A stretch of 64,000 nucleotides of DNA from an uncultured Acidobacteriota bacterium (GTDB taxonomy: Bacteria; Acidobacteriota; Thermoanaerobaculia; UBA5066): the NCBI GenBank assembly GCA_963779415.1, contig CAVZYA010000003.1:67998-131997 (forward strand), in the 5' to 3' direction. Below the pieces are notes generated by a model. It was not told the DNA's origin. It made no database searches and saw only the letters and a list, made by a program, of their open reading frames with translations. The translations under genes were made by a program, and so were the position numbers. Shown piece after piece: positions 58,212-64,000 of this stretch (position 1 is the first letter of the stretch; each line of letters begins with the position of its first letter).

Positions 58212-58634
58212 TCAGACGACTTCGATTCCCATGGACCGGGCCGTTCCCTCCACCGTCTTGATCGCGGCGGCTAGGTCCGGCGTGTTGAGGTCGACCATCT
58301 TCAGCTTCGCAATCTCCTCGACCTGCTTCTTCGTCACCTTCCCCACCTTGTTCTTGTTGGGGACTCCCGAGCCCTTCTCCAGCTTCGCCGCCTTCTTGAG
58401 GAGGACCGAGGCCGGAGGGGTCTTCGTGATGAAGGAGTAGGAACGGTCCGAGTAGACCGTCACGATCACCGGGATGATGAGCCCCTGCTCCTTCGCCGTT
58501 CTCGCGTTGAAGGCCTTGCAGAAGTCCATGATGTTGACCCCCTGCGGGCCGAGGGCGGTGCCCACCGGCGGCGCGGGCGTCGCCTGCCCGGCGGGGATCT
58601 GGAGCTTCACGTACGCCGTGACTTTCTTTGCCAT
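58212..58634 (-). CDS. rplK: 50S ribosomal protein L11
   Basis: 140-aa [47 protein letters not shown]... Confidence 0.95.
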   Translation of the reverse strand: MAKKVTAYVKLQIPAGQATPAPPVGTALGPQGVNIMDFCKAFNARTAKEQGLIIPVIVTVYSDRSYSFITKTPPASVLLKKAAKLEKGSGVPNKNKVGKVTKKQVEEIAKLKMVDLNTPDLAAAIKTVEGTARSMGIEVV

Positions 58635-58733
58635 GCCTGACTCGCTCTCTCTTTTCCCTGTGACCTTCTCGCTTCAGGACCCGATGAATTTCTTCTCAGA
58701 AAGAAAACCCGAAAAACAGAAATGCCAACGCTT

Positions 58734-59261
58734 TCACAGTTTCTGTACTTGCACGAACTCGAGCTCGACCGGCGTCGGCCGGCCGAAGATGGTGACGAGG
58801 ATGCGGAGGGTGGAGCGCTCGAGGTTGATGTCCTCGACGCTTCCGGTGAACTCCTTGAACGGGCCGTCGATGATCTTGACCTGCTCGCCCCGCTCGTAGA
58901 CGTACTTCGGCTTCGGCTTCTCGCGCGACTCGGCCGAGTGGTGGAGGATGGCGTTCACCTCGTCCTGTGTGAGCGGGACGGGCGCCTTCGAGGAGCCCCC
59001 GACGAAACCCGTCACCTTCGGTGTGTTCCGGACGAGGTGCCACGTCTCGTCCGACATCTCCATCTGGACGAGGACGTAGCCGGGGAAGAACTTCCGCTCG
59101 ACGTTCTTCCGCTTGCCGCTCCGCATCTCGACGACCGTCTCCTTCGGCACGCGGATCTCGCCGAAGTGGACTTCCATGCCGAGGGCCTTGATCCGGTTCG
59201 TCAGCTCGTGGACGACACGGTCCTCGAAGCCCGAGTAGGTGTGGACGATGTACCAGTCCAT
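58734..59261 (-). CDS. nusG: Transcription termination/antitermination factor NusG (an upstream GTG start about 22 codons earlier is possible)
   Basis: MDWYIVHTYSGFEDRVVHEL...KOW: ...GEQVKIIDGPFKEFTGSVEDINLERSTLRILVTIFGRPTPVELEFVQVQKL. Confidence 0.9.
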   Translation of the reverse strand: MDWYIVHTYSGFEDRVVHELTNRIKALGMEVHFGEIRVPKETVVEMRSGKRKNVERKFFPGYVLVQMEMSDETWHLVRNTPKVTGFVGGSSKAPVPLTQDEVNAILHHSAESREKPKPKYVYERGEQVKIIDGPFKEFTGSVEDINLERSTLRILVTIFGRPTPVELEFVQVQKL

Positions 59262-59356
59262 CGCCGGCGCGCCCGCTTCGGGGGCGCCCGCGTCGGGCGC
59301 GAGGGAAGCCGGGGTTTCGCTCACGGTCTCTCCGTCTCTCTCCACTCCGGCTTTTC

Positions 59357-59569
59357 TCAGCTGCCGAACGTGGTGAAGAGCTTGTTGACGAGCGGCGTGA
59401 TCGCCGCGTCGATGAGGAAGAGGAAAACGCCGACGATGGCCGTGTAGACGAGGACGACCGTCGTCGTGCCGACGACCTCGTCCTTTCCGGGCCACGTCAC
59501 CTTCGCCGACTCTTTCCTCACGTCGGAGAGGAACTCGCGAAAGCTCGCCCACTTCTGAGTCAGGTTCAT
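59357..59569 (-). CDS. secE: Preprotein translocase subunit SecE
   Basis: 70 aa MNLTQKWASFREFLSDVRKESAKVTWPGKDEVVGTTTVVLVYTAIVGVFLFLIDAAITPLVNKLF, with a single C-terminal TM helix. Confidence 0.9.
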   Translation of the reverse strand: MNLTQKWASFREFLSDVRKESAKVTWPGKDEVVGTTTVVLVYTAIVGVFLFLIDAAITPLVNKLFTTFGS

Positions 59570-59605
59570 GTCGCGTCTCTTCCGAAGCGCCGTCCGCGCT
59601 CAATC

Positions 59606-59682
<77 letters not shown>

Positions 59683-59696
59683 GTGACGGGCGACCT

Positions 59697-59852
59697 CAGA
59701 CCTTTCCTTCCTTGTGCGGCGTGTGCTTGCGGCAGGCCGCGCAAAACTTCGAGATCTCGAGCTTCTCCTGGTGCGTCTTCTTGTTCTTCGTCGACGTATA
59801 GTTCCGGCGCTTGCACTCGCTGCAGATCAGGCTGATCAGTTCCCTCGGCATG
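59697..59852 (-). CDS. rpmG: 50S ribosomal protein L33 (not in the ORF track; below the size cut-off)
   Basis: Hand translation of the minus strand gives [51 protein letters not shown], the L33 Cys4 zinc ribbon, between tRNA-Gly and tRNA-Trp. Confidence 0.85.
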
Positions 59853-59887
59853 TCGTGCGACCTTTCGTTCGGCTTCCTTCGGCAGCC

Positions 59888-59962
59888 TGGAGCGGGAGAC
59901 GGGATTCGAACCCGCGACCAACAGCTTGGAAGGCTGTGACTCTACCCCTGAGTTACTCCCGC
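59888..59962 (-). tRNA. tRNA-Gly (anticodon UCC)
   Basis: The minus strand reads GCGGGAGTAACTCAGGGGTAGAGTCACAGCCTTCCAAGCTGTTGGTCGCGGGTTCGAATCCCGTCTCCCGCTCCA; anticodon loop CTTCCAA. Confidence 0.88.
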
Positions 59963-59976
59963 AAAATTTCGTTGGC

Positions 59977-60052
59977 TGGAGCCCACGAGCAGAATTGAAC
60001 TGCTGACCCCGTCCTTACCAAGGACGTGCTCTACCGACTGAGCTACGTGGGC
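59977..60052 (-). tRNA. tRNA-Thr (anticodon GGU)
   Basis: The minus strand reads GCCCACGTAGCTCAGTCGGTAGAGCACGTCCTTGGTAAGGACGGGGTCAGCAGTTCAATTCTGCTCGTGGGCTCCA; anticodon loop TTGGTAA. Confidence 0.88.
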
Positions 60053-60063
60053 GCCCGTCGAGT

Positions 60064-60150
60064 CGTCGGTCATGGTGGGCAGAGAGGGATTCGAACCCCC
60101 GTAGCACGTCAGTGCGGCAGATTTACAGTCTGCTGCCATTAACCACTCGG
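60064..60150 (-). tRNA. tRNA-Tyr (anticodon GUA), with a long variable arm
   Basis: The minus strand reads GGGCAGATGGCCGAGTGGTTAATGGCAGCAGACTGTAAATCTGCCGCACTGACGTGCTACGGGGGTTCGAATCCCTCTCTGCCCACCA. Confidence 0.88.
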
Positions 60151-60234
60151 CCATCTGCCCGTCCCTCGCATTCATCCGAATCCGTCCCTGTCGAGCACCG
60201 GCTCCGTGCCCACCATCCCCTCCAGAGTCCGCCG

Positions 60235-60310
60235 TGGAGCTGGCGATGGGACTTGAACCCGCAACCTGCCGATTACAAATCGGCTGCTCTACCCGTTGAG
60301 CTACGCCAGC
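60235..60310 (-). tRNA. tRNA-Thr (anticodon UGU)
   Basis: The minus strand reads GCTGGCGTAGCTCAACGGGTAGAGCAGCCGATTTGTAATCGGCAGGTTGCGGGTTCAAGTCCCATCGCCAGCTCCA; anticodon loop TTTGTAA. Confidence 0.88.
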
Positions 60311-60394
60311 GCTTCCTTTCCCGTGCCACGGTGGCGAGAGCTTCGCCGGGACGGTCTGATCACTGGAAACCGGCCCGGCATCGCACGCCCGACG

Positions 60395-60442
60395 GGCGCG
60401 AAACGCAGTTTTTATCACCCGGCGGCTGGGCGGGTCAAGCTA
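60395..60442 (-). promoter_or_regulatory. Candidate promoter of the tRNA-rpmG-secE-nusG array (TTGACC, about 18 nt spacer, TAAAAAC)
   Basis: The minus strand reads agcTTGACCcgcccagccgccgggtgaTAAAAActgcg, overlapping the rlmB 3' end. The call is tentative. Confidence 0.3.
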
Positions 60443-61174
60443 TTTTCGTGCCTCGGGATAGCCGAGCCTCCGCCGAAGGACCTCGTAGAGGAGCACCCCC
60501 GCGGCGACTGAGACGTTAAGCGAACCGGAACCTCCCTCCATCGGGATCGAAACGAGGCGGTCGCACGATTCCCGTGTGAGCCGCCGAAGTCCCTCGCCTT
60601 CCGACCCGAGGCAGAGGAGGACGTCCCCGGAAAGATCTGTCTCCCAAAGGCTTGTACCCGAAGAGTCGGCCCCGAAAACCCAGAAGCCGGCCTCCTTGGC
60701 GCGCTTGAGGAACTGCGAGGCGTTCCCGGCCCGGCCGACCCGGACCCGCTCGAGCGCCCCCGCCGAGGCCTTCGCGACCGCCTCGCCGAGGCCCGCGGAA
60801 TGTCGTTCCGAAAGGACGACGGATGCGTTTGCCGCGGCTGCCGTCCGGAGAATCGCCCCGACGTTTCCCGGATCCGTGACCTGGTCGAGGAAAACGACGC
60901 ACCGGCTCCCCTCGGCCCCCCCGAGGCAGGAGGCTTCGTCGTCGTAGTCGCGCGAGGCGACCCGCGCCGCGACGCCGTTGTGGGCCTTTCCCGCCAGCCG
61001 GTCCAGCTCCTCGCGTGGAACCGGGCGGACCGGCACGCCGGCTGTGCGCGCGAGCGCCTCGATCTCGGCCGCGCGCGCATCCCCTCGTCCGCGGAGGACG
61101 AAGAGCGCCTCGATCGCCTTCGGCCTCCGTTCGAGAGCCTCCCGCACCGGATGGAACCCGGCGACGATCACTCC
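60440..61174 (-). CDS. rlmB: 23S rRNA (guanosine-2'-O)-methyltransferase RlmB (SpoU/TrmH family), probably with a GTG start
   Basis: (V)IVAGFHPVREALERRPKAIEALFV...VFLDQVTDPGNVGAILRTAAAANASVV...LCLGSEGEGL...SLNVSVAAGVLLYE. The tracked ORF carries about 88 junk codons upstream. Confidence 0.8.
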   Translation of the reverse strand, partial: GVIVAGFHPVREALERRPKAIEALFVLRGRGDARAAEIEALARTAGVPVRPVPREELDRLAGKAHNGVAARVASRDYDDEASCLGGAEGSRCVVFLDQVTDPGNVGAILRTAAAANASVVLSERHSAGLGEAVAKASAGALERVRVGRAGNASQFLKRAKEAGFWVFGADSSGTSLWETDLSGDVLLCLGSEGEGLRRLTRESCDRLVSIPMEGGSGSLNVSVAAGVLLYEVLRRRLGYPEARK

Positions 61175-61644
61175 GGGATCTCGACGAGGACGACGGCTTC
61201 CGCGGCGACACCGGCGCCGCGGCCGAAGTCGGTCAGGCCGTTGCCGGAGGAGGCCTTCACCGAGATGCGCGACGGATCGACCCCGAGGAGGGCGGCGATC
61301 CTCCCGCGCATCGCGTCCCGGTGCGGGCCGATCTGCGGCCGCGCCGCGAGGACCGTCACGTCGACGTTCACGACTCGCGGTCGGCCCGTCCGCTCGCGCA
61401 CCTCGGCGACGAGGCGCGACGAGGGAACGTCCTTCCATTCGGGACGCGCCGTCCCGAAGACGCTCCCGAGGTCTCCCGCGGCCGAGGCGCCGAGGAGCGC
61501 ATCCGCGAGCGCGTGGAGAACGACGTCGCCGTCCGAGTGCCCTTCGGGCCCGACGTCCGACGGGATCTCGGTGCCCCCGAGGACGCAGCGGCGCCCCGGC
61601 ACGAGCGGATGGGCGTCGAAGCCATGACCGATCCGAAGGCTCAA
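61168..61644 (-). CDS. ispF: 2-C-methyl-D-erythritol 2,4-cyclodiphosphate synthase (probable TTG start 3 nt after the ispD stop)
   Basis: (L->M)SLRIGHGFDAHPLVPGRRCVLGGTEIPSDVGPEGHSDGDVVLHALADALLGA... Confidence 0.85.
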   Translation of the reverse strand: MSLRIGHGFDAHPLVPGRRCVLGGTEIPSDVGPEGHSDGDVVLHALADALLGASAAGDLGSVFGTARPEWKDVPSSRLVAEVRERTGRPRVVNVDVTVLAARPQIGPHRDAMRGRIAALLGVDPSRISVKASSGNGLTDFGRGAGVAAEAVVLVEIPE

Positions 61645-61646
61645 GG

Positions 61647-62339
61647 TCAGCCGCCGGCGTGGGCGAGAAATGCCTCCGCCCACGCGAGGTCCTCGGGATA
61701 GGTGATCTTCAGGTTCCAGCGGGAAGTCAGGACGACGGCGACGGCCCCGCCGACCCCCTCGACGAGCTGGGCGTCGTCCGTCACGTCCACGGCCGGAGAT
61801 TTCGCGTACGCCTTCCGGAGGAGCCCGGCGCGGAAAACCTGCGGCGTCGTGACCGAGACGAGATCGTGCCTCGGGACCGTCTCGACGACGTTTCCGTTCT
61901 TCGTCCGTTTCACCGTGTTCACCATCGCGAAGCCCGCGATCGCGGCGCCCCGCTCGGCGGCGGCGTCGACGACGGCCGCCACCTCCGCCGGATCGACGAG
62001 GGGCCGCGCCGCGTCGTGGACGAGGACGAGGTCCCCGTCGGCCGCCCCCGAGGCCTCGAGGGCGCTCGCCACGGAGTCCCGCCGTGACATGCCCCCTTCG
62101 ACGAGGCGCCACGCGAGCGGTGCCTTCGCGAGCGCCGCCCGGAACGCCTCCTCGTAGCCCGGCGTGAAGGCCACCACGACCCCGCTCACGCGGTCCGATG
62201 CGTGGAGACGCTCGAGCGCGTGGAGGAGGAGCGGCTTTCCGGCGAGCAGGACGAGCGCCTTGGGCCCGTCGTCGTGGAAGCGGGTCCCCAGCCCCGCGGC
62301 CGGAACGAGGGCCACTCCCCGGACGGGGGCCGCGCTCAC
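61647..62339 (-). CDS. ispD: 2-C-methyl-D-erythritol 4-phosphate cytidylyltransferase
   Basis: 230 aa MSAAPVRGVALVPAAGLGTRFHDDGPKALVLLAGKPLLLHALERL... Confidence 0.9.
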   Translation of the reverse strand: MSAAPVRGVALVPAAGLGTRFHDDGPKALVLLAGKPLLLHALERLHASDRVSGVVVAFTPGYEEAFRAALAKAPLAWRLVEGGMSRRDSVASALEASGAADGDLVLVHDAARPLVDPAEVAAVVDAAAERGAAIAGFAMVNTVKRTKNGNVVETVPRHDLVSVTTPQVFRAGLLRKAYAKSPAVDVTDDAQLVEGVGGAVAVVLTSRWNLKITYPEDLAWAEAFLAHAGG

Positions 62340-62346
62340 GTCCGGC

Positions 62347-62907
62347 TCATCGGGCGAGGATCTCGGTCTCTTTCGCCTTGAGAACGGAGTCGATCTCGGC
62401 GATCGACCGGTCCGTCGCCTTCTGGACCTCGTCGAGGGACCGCTTTTCGTCGTCCGCCGAGACCGCCGAGGCCTTCGCTTCCTTCTTGATCTTCTCGTTC
62501 GCTTCGTGACGGTGGTGCCGCATCTCGACCCGGGACTGCTCGGCGAGGACGTGGGCCTTCTTGACGATCTCCTTGCGGCGCTCCTCCGTCGGCGGCGGGA
62601 CCGGAATCCGGACCACCTTCCCGTCGGAGGAGGGATTGAGCCCGAGGTCGCTCTTCCGGATCGCCTTCTCGATCGCCGGACAGAGGTTCGGCTCGTAAGG
62701 CTGCGCCATGAGGAGGGTCGCGTCCGGGGCCATCAGCGTCGCGACCTGGTTCAGGGGCGTCGCCGTGCCGTAGTACTCGACGAGGATCCCGTCGAGGAGC
62801 GCGATCGACGCGCGGCCCGTCCGAAGGTGCTTGAACTCGGTCTTGAGCGCTTCGATCGACGTATGCATCCGGCGCTCGGCTTCCTTCCGAATCTCCGTGA
62901 GGGGCAT
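62347..62907 (-). CDS. frr: Ribosome recycling factor
   Basis: 186 aa MPLTEIRKEAERRMHTSIEALKTEFKHLRTGRASIALLDGILVEYYG... Confidence 0.92.
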   Translation of the reverse strand: MPLTEIRKEAERRMHTSIEALKTEFKHLRTGRASIALLDGILVEYYGTATPLNQVATLMAPDATLLMAQPYEPNLCPAIEKAIRKSDLGLNPSSDGKVVRIPVPPPTEERRKEIVKKAHVLAEQSRVEMRHHRHEANEKIKKEAKASAVSADDEKRSLDEVQKATDRSIAEIDSVLKAKETEILAR

Positions 62908-62941
62908 GGACTGACGACCTCCTTGTCCTGAAGTTCCCGCC

Positions 62942-63676
62942 TCAGGCCGAGGCGGTGCCGGAGTCCACGACGCTGCCGACTCTCTCGCCGAGGACGACGC
63001 GGCGGATGTTGCCGGGAACGAGGAGATTGAAGACGCGAATCGGCATCCGGTTGTCGCGGCAGAGGGCCACCGAGGCGGCATCCATCACGGCGAGCCGCTT
63101 CTCGAGGACCTCCTGATAGGTGACGTGAGGCAGGAGCTTCGCTCCGGGGTCGACGACCGGGTCGGCGGTGTAGATGCCGTCCACCCGCGTCGCCTTCAGG
63201 ATCGCCTCGGCACGGATCTCGTTGGCGCGAAGAGCGGCCGCCGAGTCGGTGGTGAAAAACGGGTTCCCCGTCCCGCCGGCGAAGATGACGCAACGCTTCT
63301 TTTCGAGGTGCCGGATGGCGCGGCGCCGGATGAAGGGCTCGGCCACGGCCCGAACCTCGAATGCCGTCATGACGCGGGTATAGATCTTCTCCTTCTCCAT
63401 CGCGTCCTGAAGGGCGAGGGCGTTGATGACCGTCGCGAGCATTCCCATCGAGTCGCCGGTGATCCGGTCGATCCCCTGGTCCGCGGCGGAGACGCCGCGG
63501 ATGATGTTCCCGCCGCCGATGACGACGGCGACCTCCACGCCGAGCCGGCAGACCTCCGCCACCTCGCTGGCGAGGCGCGCCACCATCGCCGGCTCGATCC
63601 CGAAAGGCTGGCTTCCGAGCAGGGCCTCTCCGGAGAGCTTGAGAAGGATCCGGCGATAGTGCGGCGCGTCCGCCAT
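62942..63676 (-). CDS. pyrH: UMP kinase
   Basis: 244 aa [42 protein letters not shown]...[10 protein letters not shown]... Confidence 0.92.
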   Translation of the reverse strand: MADAPHYRRILLKLSGEALLGSQPFGIEPAMVARLASEVAEVCRLGVEVAVVIGGGNIIRGVSAADQGIDRITGDSMGMLATVINALALQDAMEKEKIYTRVMTAFEVRAVAEPFIRRRAIRHLEKKRCVIFAGGTGNPFFTTDSAAALRANEIRAEAILKATRVDGIYTADPVVDPGAKLLPHVTYQEVLEKRLAVMDAASVALCRDNRMPIRVFNLLVPGNIRRVVLGERVGSVVDSGTASA

Positions 63677-63678
63677 GG

Positions 63679-64000
63679 CTACTTCATCAGGGCGGCCACG
63701 TCCGCGGCGAGGTCGGCGGCCTTTTTCTCGACCCCCTCCCCCACCCTCATCCGGACGAAACGGACGACGCGCGCGCCTTCGCCCCCGCGCTCGGCGACGA
63801 CCTGAGACACCTTCTTCGAGTCGTCCTTGACGAACGGCTGGTCGACGAGAACGACCTCGCCGTACCACTTCCCGACCATCCCCTCGACCATCTTCTCGAC
63901 GACGTTCGGCGGCTTGCCGGCCGCCGCCGCCTTCGCGCGCGCGATTTCCTTCTCGTCCTCGACCGCCTTCGCCGGGACCGCGTCCCGGGTCGCCCAGTGC
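63679..64000 (-). CDS. tsf: Elongation factor Ts (3' portion only; the gene continues beyond the window end)
   Basis: The C-terminal fragment reads ...[68 protein letters not shown]. Confidence 0.8.
   Translation of the reverse strand, partial: HWATRDAVPAKAVEDEKEIARAKAAAAGKPPNVVEKMVEGMVGKWYGEVVLVDQPFVKDDSKKVSQVVAERGGEGARVVRFVRMRVGEGVEKKAADLAADVAALMK

Overview
This is a very GC-rich (about 70 %) bacterial chromosomal segment; the content suggests an Acidobacteria- or Myxococcota-like organism. Nearly every gene is on the minus strand. Two highly conserved translation/transcription loci bracket a roughly 34-kb accessory block. The window contains no rRNA, CRISPR array, transposase, integrase or reverse transcriptase.

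Locus 1 (1 to 13.3 kb, minus strand) is a fused str/S10/spc ribosomal operon. It runs rpsL, rpsG, fusA, tuf, rpsJ, rplC, rplD, rplW, rplB, rpsS, rplV, rpsC, rplP, rpmC, rpsQ, rplN, rplX, rplE, rpsZ, rpsH, rplF, rplR and a partial rpsE. A clear sigma70-type promoter sits upstream of rpsL.

Locus 2 (47.7 to 60.3 kb, minus strand) is a tRNA array followed by a conserved operon. The order is tRNA-Thr(UGU), tRNA-Tyr, tRNA-Thr(GGU), tRNA-Gly(UCC), rpmG, tRNA-Trp, secE, nusG, rplK, rplA, rplJ, rplL, rpoB, rpoC, ending in an intrinsic terminator. Beyond it (60.4 to 64 kb) lie rlmB, ispF, ispD, frr, pyrH and the 3' end of tsf.

The accessory block (13.4 to 47.7 kb), read in the minus-strand direction, carries:
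- a cytochrome c followed by a Hanks-type Ser/Thr kinase fused to a TolB-like beta-propeller;
- a two-component system whose sensor kinase has a very large periplasmic beta-propeller;
- an MdtABC-type RND efflux module (fusion protein, two RND pumps, NodT-family outer membrane factor);
- a HlyD / FtsX-MacB-like permease / TolC-like trio with no ATPase;
- a hopanoid cluster (shc, hpnH, hpnA, hpnG, squalene synthase) next to dxs.

On the plus strand the block carries a group II PLP-dependent decarboxylase and a vapBC-like toxin-antitoxin pair with a palindromic operator.

The most unusual content is a tandem pair of secreted paralogs of about 670 aa (43.3 to 47.5 kb). Their N- and C-terminal domains are nearly identical, the central Gly/Tyr/Ser-rich segment is hypervariable, and the 5' leader is duplicated.

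A second notable pattern is that 15 to 19 frame-shifting indels are confined to accessory genes (shc, hpnH, hpnA, mdtB, the sensor kinase, paralog B, possibly the rpmC tail). Roughly 27 kb of core genes (ribosomal proteins, tuf, fusA, rpoB, rpoC, dxs) contain none.

Several ribosomal proteins (L29, L22, S19, L24) carry Lys/Ala/Pro-rich C-terminal tails, and rpoB carries a Cys4 zinc-ribbon-like insertion near its N-terminus.

Coordinates derived by reading the printed lines may be off by 1 to 2 nt. Coordinates taken from the ORF track include the stop codon.
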